Assembly (NCBI RefSeq): GCF_006345805.1
Contig: NC_042998.1
Location: forward strand, 113,832,001 to 113,896,000
Reading direction: 5' to 3'
DNA from: Octopus sinensis
Lineage: Eukaryota
DNA length: 64,000 nucleotides
Of the stretch, positions 38,500 through 51,250 are shown piece by piece. Both the position numbers and the translations under genes were made by a program. The notes under the pieces are model-generated. The model saw only the letters and a list, made by a program, of their open reading frames with translations, did not search any database and was not told the origin of the DNA. Within the stretch, counting starts at the first letter, position 1. Each line of letters begins with the position of its first letter.

Positions 38500-38617
38500 A
38501 CACGCACACACAAACACACGCACACATATAATTTCTATACTAACTTTAATTTGAAACCTGTCAATCCATTTGAAGTCACATATTGAACGTAAATAAATGC
38601 CATTTAAATAATTGACA
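38383..38617. repeat. Imperfect inverted repeat (about 65-bp arms) around a (CA)n tract
   Basis: 38383-38447 matches the reverse complement of 38540-38617, with a 13-bp insertion in the right arm. Confidence 0.8.
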
Positions 38618-38676
38618 TTTAATAATTGACAATTGAATATATTTAGAGGATAGACTACATAATCTCTTTATTTTTC

Positions 38677-38727
<51 letters not shown>

Positions 38728-39442
38728 TGTTGTATTTGGGGATGGTCATGTTGCCAGTTTAGTCAATAAAAACATACACACTATATATTTGGTGTTAATT
38801 TGATTCAGGTTTTATTTTTTACATTAATCGTATTTCAGCCAGAGTTCTTTCGTCACACTTCTGTGACCTCATCAGTGGTCCTTTGCTTTCTTCTTTCTTA
38901 TTTGTGTGTCTTTCCTTACTAACTATCAGTCATTTTTTTGGCTGATCGTTAAAAAAAGTAGAAAGTAGATCTAGACAGGAAATAATGAAGAGCTGAAAGA
39001 TGAAGTAGCAATTAACGCAAAGTTTTTAATATATTGTAAATGTTAAGTTTATTATAGTTTCCTATTTTCGAATAAAGGATTGAAGGCTGTCCATTGAGTT
39101 AAAGTACTTAAAACTCGATGAGACAAAGAGGAATATTGAATGCTGTCACTGTACCAGCTAGAAGAAGCATCCAACAGCCAAACCTTGCTCATATTATAGT
39201 ATGCCGTTTTCTAAAAGAAAGGACGCAGTGGGTGCATCTGACGAAAAAATGGTATACTCATAGAAGGAATGTCATTGATTATAAATAAGTTTATTTAAGG
39301 GTTGACCTGAAGCTAAATAACATCAACAATTCAAAACGGGATGTTTCCTTAGCGATCTGCATATCAGACCGGCAAGATAGAGAGAAAGTATTGAGCAGTT
39401 GAGTATAAGTAGTTTACTTCAAAAGAATTATTTAGAAACATT

Positions 39443-39848
39443 TATTTCTTTACTGCCCACAGTAAACATAGAGGGGACAAACAAGGACAGATAAAGACAT
39501 TAAGTCGATTACATCGACCCCAGTGCGCAACTGGTTCTTATTTAATCGACCCCAAAAGGATGAAAGGCGAAGTCGACCTCGGCGGAATTTGAACTCAGAA
39601 CGTAACGGCAGATGAAATACCTATTTCTTTACTACCCACAAGGGGCTAAACACAAAGGGGACAAACAAGGACAGACACACGGATTAAGTCGATTACATTG
39701 ACCCCAGTGCGTAACTGGTACTTAATTTATCGACCCCGAAAGGATGAAAGGCAAATTCGACCTCGGGGGAATTTGAACTCAGAACGTAAAGGCAGACGAA
39801 ATAACGCTAGGTATTTTGCCCGGCGTGCTAATGATTCTGTCAGTTCAA
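39443..39848 (-). mobile_element. SINE family C nested dimer (two tail-1 units)
   Basis: Junction GAAATAGGTATTTC at about 39614-39627; diverged head. Confidence 0.88.
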
Positions 39849-40594
39849 CATATTGACAATCGAATGCCATTTTAGACAAAAGAAAGTAAGAAAGTGAAGA
39901 CTTTAACTAAGAATTAACTTGAGCCATATGCTGCAGTGTAACAGTAAAACGTTTCAATTCAACAGAGAAAAGAACGTCTCGTTATTAGAGGAAAGAAGGA
40001 AGGATGGAACAAAGTGAAATAGCTCAAAAGTGATTGGAAGTTGCATGTCAAACACAGCCGAACTGGAACGTACCAGTGCATTATAGTGCAAATGTGAGAA
40101 AATAAAATTAATATTTTTAAGGGTTTAAAGCGTCTATTTCATTCTGGAAATATATATATAAATAATATCTAAAAGAACTCATAACGTTTCATAATCCATT
40201 AGCCCTCAAAAATCTGAATTACAGCAGAGTTTCAGTTTTAGCATTTGTTTGTTATGCAGATTTGCATTTATTGTACATTTCCATTAGTAGACTTATACGC
40301 TGTACTAATCAATATCCGAATCCTTCTTCTCCTAAGCACCGTCATCTTCTAGAATTGCTACCCTAGCTACGCTTTTTCTTCAAAAGTTATTTTTCAGATG
40401 TCGAAACTAAACAGGCAACACGTCATCCCCATCAGTTATGCAGAACCTATAAAGCTCATTAGAGAAAGACATGGTCTTAAACTTTTTCCTCCATTATAAA
40501 GCTACAATAAAAAAAGCAGATAAATTACAAGGTAATCGATAATTAGGCTGGGATTCAATTATTTGATTTTTAAAACATTTTAGTTATGAAGAAG

Positions 40595-40925
40595 AGATAG
40601 TGCTAAAAAACTGGTCAGTTATGACAATGGGTATTCCAGTTGATCTGATCAACGGAACAGCCTGTTCGTGAAATTATCTTGTAAGCGGTTGTGTACTCTA
40701 CAGACACGTGTGCCCTTAACGTAGTTATGAGGAGATTCAGCGTGACAGATTGTGACAAGGCTTGCTCTTTGAAATGTAGGAACTATAATTATTTTATGCC
40801 TGCTGAGTTGGCTGCTGCAACGGGAAATAAAGTGTCTTGCTCAAGGACACAATGCGTCACCGGAAATTGAACTCACGACCTTACGATCGTGAACTGAATA
40901 CCCTAATCACTAAGCCACGCGCCTT
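40595..40925 (-). mobile_element. SINE family E
   Basis: Minus strand GGCGCGTGGCTTAGTGATTAGGG...GTGAGTTCAATTTCCGG...TTGTGTCCTTGAGCAAGACAC. Confidence 0.8.
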
Positions 40926-41209
40926 TATGCAGCCAATAATCTTTCTTTCATTCGAGAGGAAGAATTGAGTATTTGAAGTTAGTAAGACCTCGATTTGAGG
41001 GTATTTGTCTTTCATCATTTGAATTTTATGCAATAGATCCTAACCAAATGTTATGACCAATTATACGGAAATCAGGGAGGAATGCCTGCCTTTCATAATG
41101 TGAAAAATATAAATAATACATATCAATCAATAATGTGGGTGATTATACACTTGCCGCATATTTCCGGGCTTGTACATTATGTTAGACGTTATAATTAACT
41201 GCAGTCTCT

Positions 41210-41235
41210 AGATCCTTGTGCCTAGAGTAGGCAAG
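41210..41235 (+). mobile_element. 26-bp SINE-C tail-2 stub with 17-bp TSD
   Basis: CCTTGTGCCTAGAGTAG flanked by AATTAACTGCAGTCTCT at 41193-41209 and 41236-41252. Confidence 0.85.
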
Positions 41236-41589
41236 AATTAACTGCAGTCTCTGGGATATTAGTAACGATGGCTCGCGTGATTTACTATATGATGATTACA
41301 ATATTTTGGCTTGTATGTATGAATATTTGATTTTACCGATAGGAGTTACTGTTAAATGTAGATGATGAAAATTGTTGAGAGTATAAGGATGTAAATAAAA
41401 TACCAAAATAACAGGAAAAATAATAAAATTATAGTTATCACTCCCCAAATATACAGGATTGCTTACTTTTAATATGTACAATATGCCGCAGGTAGTAATT
41501 CACTTAGTTATTGTACATTACGTTATTTTCTACAATAAATGCTCTACTTGTTACAAATGTTGTACATGTATATGTCTTCAAAACTACCA

Positions 41590-41699
41590 ATACATACATA
41601 CATACATACATACATACATACATACATACATACATACATACATACATACATTCATTCATACATACATACATACATACATACATACATACAAACATACAT

Positions 41700-41775
<76 letters not shown>
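41590..41775. repeat. (ACAT)n-(CA)n-(TA)n microsatellite
   Basis: Direct reading of the sequence. Confidence 0.96.
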
Positions 41776-41789
41776 GTAAATGTAAAAAA

Positions 41790-42170
41790 ATACAAACTGG
41801 GACAAGAACGTGAAACATTTAGAAGACGATACAAAAAACACGGACGGGACATTCGAAGCCTTCAATCTTCAGTCAAGAACCGGATCATCTTCGCAATTTC
41901 GGCTGATTAATCTTGAGATTGCACCGATCTGGCCAGCCCCAAAGGAAGATCTAAGCCAAGCGCATTAGATTCCTTGGAAGAAAGCCTCTAATGTATACAA
42001 AACAAGGACGGAAAACCGAACGATGTTACACGAATAAAAATACAAAACACGTAAAAACAATAATGATAACACGAATAAGAATACAAAAATACGTAAAAAC
42101 AATAATGAATAATAATAACAACAGAAACAGAACGTCACAGACAAGCGTCTTTTCGACAGGACGAGTAAAT
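41790..42170. repeat. Unclassified interspersed repeat, possibly Penelope-related
   Basis: GC-richer block between microsatellites; GIY-YIG-like peptide GQERETFRRRYKKH; internal approximately 41-bp tandem duplication at 42030-42110. Confidence 0.4.
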
Positions 42171-42916
42171 TATATATATATACATTTAAACATGAAGACA
42201 TAATCATACAGGTTACACACCGTTTCTGAAAAGGTTTTCAAGAGAGAGCAAGTTTAGTTTTTGCAAAACCTGCGTATTTACAATATATTTGACACAAAAG
42301 CTACAAATGTACATAATGTGCATTATTATTCACATTCATTGTAAAATTCCTAAAGAATAAATATTTCTTGCATAGACATGAAAAGGCACCATTTCAGCTT
42401 GACATTCTGAATTTTCAATCTGTAATTTCTAATTATTCCTTTTCTTTTCGTTCTGTTTAAAGAAATACATGCATGTAGTTAATAGGCTAAAGTTGGATAC
42501 ATGATACTTCTCAGTAAGTTGAAGATAAAAGGTAATAGCGGAACATAGTGGAATAAATGAAGTCGGATAATTAATAGTGGAATAATGTATATATACAAAT
42601 ACATATAGCGTATTTTATATATTGATGAGGCAAAGCTTATTATATGTATATTAATTAGATTTACCAATGAGATAAAAGAGAAAATTAATTTGATTATCAG
42701 GATTTATGAACATAAAAACATTGGTTGAACATTACGAGACAAAGACACACAATGAACTATCGAATAAAAATCTAAAGAAAACGACTTCAACGAGTAATTT
42801 TGAGATATGCCTAATTGTTACACACACACACACAACACACACACACACACACACCACACACACACGCGCAAAGCACACACACATACACGCACGCACATAT
42901 ACATATGCACTCAGCG

Positions 42917-42982
<66 letters not shown>

Positions 42983-43689
42983 TGGTTATAGAAAATTCTT
43001 GATGTTGTTTAACCCCGAACCAACCCTGCTCGAGCAGACACATGAGCAGTACCACATCTAACCAGTCTGTTTTTTTATCTCCACGACTATATTGTTTTAT
43101 GTGTATTTCGCTTTATTTAAGACTGGACGGTAGAAATTGAAGGAGATTTGGTTATTGTTTCTCGCAGAGTGAATGGTCGCATAAAACCTTCCATGTACTC
43201 TGGACTAGTCTGGGACAAAATGTCTGGGCATATTTAGGTGCGCTCCTTTTCCATTCTAAGTTCAAATCTCACTTAGGTTTTTTTTTGCTTTATTCTTCTG
43301 TACCAGGCAAATATTGGGGTCATTATTATGGAATCTTCCATTCCTCCAAATGTCTAGCATTGTATTTACATAAAAGAAAAGTACTTGTCCAATAACAACT
43401 GTTAATGAAGTGACAGAATTGATAGAACTACTGATAAAATGTCTTGCGATTTTTAAGCATTTTGCCCGACGTGTTAGCGATTCTGCCAGCTCGCCTTCTT
43501 AGGGCAACTGATTATATTTGCAAGAAGGTTATAAAGGTAAGTTTCCAAGCGGGGAATTTTCATATCAGATTAATAGCGTATGGAGATTTTTTTGCGACAT
43601 ATAGGACATATAAATTACCTTTGTTTTAATATTTCAATATTAAAATAATGATTTTGTTGTACTTACAGGAAACAACTGTAACTATGGGC

Positions 43690-44050
43690 TGCGTAGGCCA
43701 TGAAGAACGCTGAGATAGATTTGGCTGGTGTTCCCTTCAAACAACTGCAAGATAATGACCTCTGGAAAACATGGACAGGGAACGTATTTTAAAGGATTTA
43801 AATAAAGTATCAATGGAAGAACTAGGAAAGTGGTTAATGGAGAGCCCAGAGGATGGAGAAATATAAATGACAATAAGAGTATAGACAAGTAAGTCGGATA
43901 GGACAGAGTAGAGTTGACATGAGATCAGTCAGTTCCGAGAAGCAGTAGCAAGTGAAGTAGCGGTTAAAGAAGTAGTGTGGAGAGATATAGACAGTATAAA
44001 CCAGAGTGGACTCTGATAGATTAAAAGAGAGGCCTAATAATTTGATGTTC
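43690..44050 (-). mobile_element. Highly degenerate L2/Crack/Daphne-group LINE remnant
   Basis: Minus strand FFNRYFTCYCFSELTDLM resembles the SLFYRYYHG.CSSELA.L C-terminal motif of this group. Confidence 0.4.
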
Positions 44051-46019
44051 AAACCTATTTATGAGAAGAAGTGTTTCTTGGGAGATTGGTCAGATATTGT
44101 GGCTGATTGTTAAAAAAAAAATACATATAATTAACTTGTTTCTAGTCAATCTTGTGTAAGCCATTCAAAGTAAAATAAGTCAATAAAAAGAGTTGTTTCA
44201 TGGGAAGGTGAGAAGGAAGAAATACTGTGAAATAAAAACATGGCTGTGTAGTATATGAGCATGACAAGCATGACAAGAAATAAATGAAAAACTACTATTC
44301 CTGGAATACAAACACAGTAATTTATATACAAATATTATTGCATATTTTTCTGAGTTCAAGCATTTGTCGCTAAGAGACTCCATTGACGAGAAAAATGGTC
44401 AGCAAGAAAAATATATCAGAAACTGAGAAGTAAGTAAATAAAAATAATATAAGTAATAATAGATAGCAATCATTGTTCACACTTTTCTTGTCCCTTTGGA
44501 AAGCTAGTGATGACAAAAGTTAGATAGCCATCTATTTTCCTTGTGTGTATGTGTATATGTGTGCGTGGAAATGTCTGTGTGTAGCATGTGTGAACGTGTG
44601 GTCGGTATCAAGGTAGATGTTAAGAACAAATTACTGAAGATGGTAAATAATTCACTGAAAACATATATTAAGGTAGACATGCACAAAATATATACAATCT
44701 TCTGGGATTTACCAACGTGTAAATACATTTATCTAGAAGACCGTAAGCATCTAACTGTTCTCTGACCGTGCATTACATTCTATCAGTTCAGTTACACATG
44801 TGCGAACTTTCAATTTACAGCTTCCAATTCTTATAGAGCGTAAGTTGTTTTGGTGTTATGCATGTTCAATCAAAGCCTCAATCCAACATTTGCTGTACCG
44901 CAGACGACCTGCGTAATCTATCTTATCGTTTTTTTTACCTTTTCTCCTACACTCTTTTTCACGTCTAATTTAATTTTTGGTACAATACTATGTACACATA
45001 TGAAAAAGTGTCAAATTTCGACGGCAGAAACAATTTACATAGAATGTTCTGTAACCTTGATTATCCATTACTCAATTTAAAACTTACTGATGTTAGCGAC
45101 ACAAAAGTTACAATTTCACTTCTTCAAGAAGGACAGGTATAGAAAAAAAAAAAATAAATACAAAATAAGAGATGAAAACAAAAAACCCTAAAGAGGCATG
45201 AAAATGTAAATAAATAAAAGAGTAAATAAGTTACAAGAGTGTTAGGTAGAGAAAAGAACATATACTGTACTCCAATTAATAATAGTAAAATTTGCAATCT
45301 TTAACAGCATAAGCAATTGTTTCGATGCTGCTCTTAATTTGATAGTGCTTTAAGGTGTAATGTATTAAATAACAATGTTCAGGAAGAAAAAGACAAATGA
45401 CGCATTGGTCAGACAAGTTGGCAGCAAACTCCTTTATCTGTGCATGTTTGATGTAAACACTTTGAATACTCATTACATTCTGTAAAGATCCACCGAACAA
45501 ACATGTACAATACTGCTAATCGGAAGTCAGCATCTCAGAAGGTGGGAAGCATAGAGTGCCGACCTCAATGCACTACCTTCCTATGTTTCATACTTTCACG
45601 TTCTCAGTTCGAAATCTGCAGGTTTCTTTTTTTTTGTTTTATTTTTTGATCAATGGGTCTATAATGGAGTAGTAATCTAATTAATCATACATCTAACCCG
45701 TTTTCATTGTCTGTTTTTTTTTAAACTTTGTTTATTTCGTGTGGGGATAATTTGGAAGTGTGTTCGCTTACCTCTCTTTGGCTACTGCTACAGCCACTGT
45801 AGTTAGCCTTTCTCTTTGCTACATCTAAGGCAGCTATCTTGCAATGCGTGTAAATATTACAAATGGTTGATTGCCAAAATATAAGAATAGAAATGTCTAA
45901 AGACAAGCGCTTCTTCTACCCTTGGTAATAGGGAATAGTTGCAAACAATGCGAAATATTCTGTTTGTAAAACTGGATATTTCTAGATAATTCTAACCAAA
46001 AAAAATCACGTTACCTCGT

Positions 46020-46745
46020 ACAGTTCTAACATAGACGTCCACCCAGGCTTGAATAATTTCTTCTTTAGGCACAAGGCTAGAAATGTTATATTGTCACCAG
46101 ATCTTGACTGGTATTTTATTTTATGAACCTGGCTGAATGAAAGGCAAACCTGAACGATATTTGAATGAAAGGCAAACCTAGAGCATAGAGAGCCGGAGAA
46201 ATAATACAATGCATTTTGTTTAATGTTTCAATGATTTTCCCATTCCATTAGCGTAATGATTCTTTCTACTGTAGGCAGAAGGCTCGAAATTAGTGGGGAG
46301 GGGCTAGTCTTTTACATAGACCGCATTACACAACTGGTACTTATTTTATCGACTCCGATATGATGAATGCAAAGTCAACCTCGATGGTATTTGAACTCCG
46401 AACGTAAAAGCAAACGAAATGCCCAAAGCATTTCATCCGGAGTTACTAGTTCTGTCAGCTTGCCGCCTTAATTCAAAAGCACAATAACAATTTCTCACAT
46501 AGGGAGAAGGCCAGAAATTTTGAGGGAAGAGGTTAATGGACTTGATTGTTATTTTATTAACCACGAAAGCGTAAAAAGCAAAATTGCCCTCGGTATGATT
46601 TGAACACAGAACGTAACAACAAGGTCGAATTTGCCTTCCATTCTTTCGAAGTCAATAAAATAAGCACCAATTTCGCACTGGGGTCGATGTGATCGATTAG
46701 TGCCCCTCTCCCAAAATTTCAGGCCTGGTACATAGAGTAGAAAGA
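46020..46745. mobile_element. Cluster of diverged SINE family C copies (three on -, one on +)
   Basis: Tail and body motifs at about 46020-46200 (-), 46262-46470 (-), 46490-46618 (-) and 46620-46745 (+). Confidence 0.7.
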
Positions 46746-46869
46746 GTTAATAGAAGGTCAGTTGTAATAGATTTTGCTCTAGCATTTCGTGTTTCTTTCT
46801 TGTTGGATTCTTATAGCTCTCTTCTATCGTTGCAATCGGTAAGTAGCTTCATTATAACGGTGTTCGATG

Positions 46870-47100
46870 ATACAAATAGTACGGAACTTAGGCTGTCTTC
46901 CTTCACCGCTTCCACATTTCAGCTCACTGTACAGTAAAAATTTGGAGATCATGGGGTTCTACTTACTCTACACCCAACGAAACATCGATTTCCCTAGTAA
47001 AGATTCAACAGTAGGCATATTATTTAGGGATGTAGTCTCGTAGAGGAAAGTTATAGGTCATAACTGGAGCAAATGGCGATTCATCTGCTGTTTAGTGTGT
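46870..47100 (-). mobile_element. Old RTE remnant
   Basis: Minus strand NMPTVESLLGKSMFRW...ISKFLLYSELKCGSGEGRQPKFR resembles LRW.GH...PKQLLYGEL..G.R..GRPK.R. Confidence 0.45.
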
Positions 47101-47289
47101 CAGCGATACAGTGTACATGACTTAGTCGAATACAACAAACGGAATAATGTTTCTCAAAACAACGCAGCTGGCACGCCGCACTTAGCCTATGCCTCTGTGT
47201 GTGCATGAGGGTGTATTTGTGTGTACATATAAAGCAAAAATCCGTCTATCCATAAATGTAAATACACACTCACAAACTTGAGTATATTT

Positions 47290-47384
47290 ATATATATATA
47301 TAAATACATGTATGTGTGTGTATATATGTATGTGTGTATATATATATATACGCACGTACATATATATATATACATACACGTGTG

Positions 47385-47431
<47 letters not shown>

Positions 47432-47480
47432 AATATATATATATATATATATATAATATATATATATATATATACATGCA
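47290..47480. repeat. (AT)n microsatellite
   Basis: Direct reading of the sequence. Confidence 0.95.
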
Positions 47481-47614
47481 TAAATATACGTATATATGTG
47501 AGTGTATGTACTTACATACAAAAAATTTCTATCACATTAATCGTGCAAAATACAATTCGTGATATTTTATTTCAGTTACTTTTTAGCACCAAATATTGAG
47601 TTCAAATTTTAGTA

Positions 47615-47900
47615 CCAGGCCAGCAAGTTCAGAGCAGGATGTATGTCGATTAAATGGACCCCAGTTCTCAACTGGCAGTTAATTTACCGACACCTCGACA
47701 GAATTTGCACTCAGATCGTAAAGACAGACGAAATACTTATTTCTATTTCTTTACTACCCACAAGGGGCTAAACACAAAGGGGACAAACAAGGACAGACAA
47801 ACGGATTAAGTCGATTACATCAACCCCGGAAGGATGAAAGGCAAAGTCGATCTCGGCGGAATTTGAACGTGCTAACGTTTCTGCCAGCTCGTCGCCTTTG
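47615..47900 (-). mobile_element. SINE family C nested dimer
   Basis: Young tail-1 unit joined at GAAATAAGTATTTC (about 47730) to a much more diverged unit. Confidence 0.82.
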
Positions 47901-48613
47901 TCAGCACCAAAATTAACGAAACTGTTGCAATATTTGACCAACAACAATATGAGTTAATTTTGAAAAACTAGAGCAGGACAACGAAAATAATTGGATAAAC
48001 GGAAAATATTCGCACAACATTAAACGAATTAAAGATAAGCATACAATAAATACAAATGGAGTCAGTTTCGTTGATTCCCAAATCTGATATGTCAAAGCCC
48101 ATTCTAGCATTCCGATCCTGTAACTTGGGACCGTCCTAACTATTCATTGGCTTGGATATGACGAGTCTGGTTACGACCGGGGTATATGGAGTAGGTTTTC
48201 ATTGTTTTTGCATAATTCGCTAACGATTGAATAATTCGAAAGACTATTATCTTTAATTAGAAAAAAACAGAAAGAATGATTAAAAGGGGGCTAGCATGTA
48301 TGTAAAAGTGTATGTCTTTATGCATTGAATATATAACCTATACAGTGCATGGTGTACGTTCTTCTACTGAAAGACTGTAACTTTTAGCTCTCTCCACACT
48401 CTCTTATGTATCCGTCCATACATACATACATACATACATCATACATACATACATACATACATACATACATACATACATACGTGCGTACATACATACATAC
48501 ATACATACATACATACATACATACATACATACATACATACGTGCGTACATACATAGTTATTTATATGTATACACACATAATTATTTATATGTATATGTAT
48601 ATATACATACGTA

Positions 48614-48665
<52 letters not shown>

Positions 48666-49234
48666 TATATATATACATATAATTTCTCTCAATATATATA
48701 TGCATTAATGTATGTATCCATGTATAAGTATAAATCTGTATAACGTTATTTACTTTGGTATGTGCTTCAGCGAGTGTAGCCATATACATGCATGCGTAGT
48801 TACATGAATTTGATAGAGTTGAACATATGTGAATAAGACTACTTCAGAGAATGTGCTAATAACTTCACTATTGGCTTTTGGATAAAATCTTTTATTGAGA
48901 CAGGAGCTTCACTAGCTTCTCACTGATGCGTTACCTGCTTTCAACTAATTGACATTCGTAATTAACTAATTTACTCACGTCGATATCAAATGAAAAGTGA
49001 TTAGTATTATTATTATTTCAGTAACACCGTTCTCTTCAGCAGATATTTATTTAACATATTTAATAGGAGCAAAACAGAAGAATCTGAGTGATTCAGTGAA
49101 GCAAATGTGAAACTGTTCAGACTCTCTCATTGATTTTCCTCATCTTTCTCTTCAAGGAAGTCTTCAAACATTCCTTCACTTTATCTATGCGCATACATAT
49201 ATATGTATGTTTATGTGTGTGTATGTGTGTGTGT

Positions 49235-49362
<128 letters not shown>

Positions 49363-49366
49363 ATAG

Positions 49367-49697
49367 TGAAGGCGCATGGCTCAGTGGTTAAAGCGTCGAG
49401 CTTACGATCGTGATGTAGTGAGTTCGAATTCCGGACCGGGCTGCGTGTTGTGCTCTTGAGTAAAACATTTTATTTCACGTTGCTCCAGTTCATTCAGCTG
49501 TAAAAATAAGTTGCGACGTCACTGGTGCCAAACTGTATCGGCCTTTCCCTTTCCCTTGGATAACAGTGGTGGCGTGGAGAGGGGAGGCCGGTATGCTTGG
49601 GTGACTACTGGTCTTCCATAAAACAACCTTGCCTGGACTTGTGTCTGGGAGGGTAACCTTCAAGTTGCAATCCCATGGCCAGCCATGACCGAATGCA
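49367..49697 (+). mobile_element. SINE family A
   Basis: Colinear with 1440-1782; follows (TA)n. Confidence 0.87.
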
Positions 49698-49744
49698 TAC
49701 ATTCATTCTGGGCTTGGAGGATATTTTGATCAAAGCAGTTTTCT

Positions 49745-50455
49745 CATTCTCGACATCGGCAAAGTTTTCGTCCGTGTCTGTCATACGAATCTCTTAGCGA
49801 ACTGTCTTCTCTCAGGGTTACACTTGTCTCTTGCCTTTTGGGTCGATAGCTTTCTCTGAGATCACGCTGTTCTCAACAGACCTCTTTCTGACTGTCATTC
49901 TATCAACTCCCGCGTTCAGTTTGTATCCCACTCTCCTCTATTTAGTTACCCATATCTTACCTATCTTACAAAACCCAGTCTTACACAGATGGTATTATCC
50001 CCTCATCTTTCTGCCTCATTCTCCAACTATGCATTTTCTACTCTTAGCCTATTCCCTTCATGCGCCACCCACACTAACTCTATAAACAGAGACCTTGCAA
50101 GTATGCTCTAATGAGTATATGCCAATGTTGTGAAGAAAACGAATACTACTCATCCCACTACGTCCCCTTAATCACCAGAAGAATTTAGGTGTGTCTTGCG
50201 TAAGCACACCCTTAATATAGTTATGGTCAAATCTCATGAAAAATCCTTTTTCTTCAGGGCCATTCCCCAACAATTATTCAAATAAGATTCAGGTTATTTA
50301 TGCTCACAATAGAGTATTTCTCTCACATGTGGAGCGGTGTTGCTTCTGGCTGCTGAGTCAAACAGTTTAGACAGCTTAGACTGCGTCCAGAAAAGAACCG
50401 GCTAAATGATCCAGCCTCTGAGCCACAAGTATGCTGTATTCTTTCTCTAACTTTA
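49745..50455 (+). mobile_element. Degenerate L2/Crack/Daphne-group LINE RT fragment
   Basis: LDIGKVFVRVCH (about LDISKAFDRVWH), INSRV (about INSGVPQ), EYFSHMWSGVA, LDCVQKR. Confidence 0.6.
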
Positions 50456-50759
50456 CTATTGTGTGTGTGCGTGCATATTAAAGTACATTTGGCTTTTATC
50501 AAAGTTTTATTTTGTTGAAGTCGCTTTAGATATTCTACAAATGTTTAGAATTATGATCAGATTTCTATAATCTCTAGAGATGATACAAATGTTAAGCTGT
50601 TAAACAAGCTACACTGAAAGACAAGCCAATTTGTACTCAAATATAGTCCAAGTAGCTGAGTATATGCTTTATTACTATATAAAAATCACGTCTAACTCCG
50701 CCAGGTTCTCTGCTGAATATTAACACAGTGTCTGTATGTATACGTATATTATCTATTAT

Positions 50760-50975
50760 CTTTTAATTATTTCAGTCATTAGTCTGCGGCGACGCTGGGG
50801 CATTACCTTGAACAATTTTACTCGAACGAATCGCCCCTAATATTTATTTTTTGCTAAGCCTGCCACTTATTTATTGGCCTCTTTGTCAAATTGCTAACGT
50901 GCAGGGAAGTAAACTCACGACAACCGATTTTCAAGTGTTGGTGGAGGATAAACACGGATGCAAAACAAGTCCTGC
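50760..50975 (-). mobile_element. SINE family D 3' portion
   Basis: TTTCAGTCATT...GCTAAGCCT...TTTATTGGCCTCTTT...GCTAACGTGCAGGGAAGTAAAC matches 10092-10250. Confidence 0.6.
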
Positions 50976-51041
50976 ACATACATACATGCATGCATACATA
51001 CATATATACATACATACATATATACACATATATATATATAG

Positions 51042-51250
51042 TTAATCCAAACATGAAAACACAAAGAGAAAACACAACAACACGAGGACGTGGAACAAGT
51101 ATAGTATTATGGGTCGCTCAGGAAAGAAGGAAAGAAGGAGGGTTTAACGTTTCGAGCGGAGCTCTTCGTCAGAAACATAGGAAAAGGAAAGATCCAAAGA
51201 AGGGAAGACGGAAGGAAAAAAATCGCCAACGGTACACACGCGGTCACATT
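51042..51250 (-). mobile_element. Hammerhead-bearing Penelope pLTR-like element (family 2)
   Basis: Reverse-complement homologue of 1238-1428; abuts (TA)n. Confidence 0.72.
51142..51176 (-). ncRNA. Minimal type-I hammerhead ribozyme motif, core intact
   Basis: GTTT-CTGACGA-A-GAGC-TCC-GCTC-GAAA-C-GTT-AAAC; all conserved core bases present. Confidence 0.8.

Noticed and set aside
41845-41880. Minus-strand CTGAAGA...GAAG/CTTC-GAATGTC hammerhead-like string
   Set aside because: Stem II has a 1-nt loop, GAAAC is incomplete and no stem I pairing is found.
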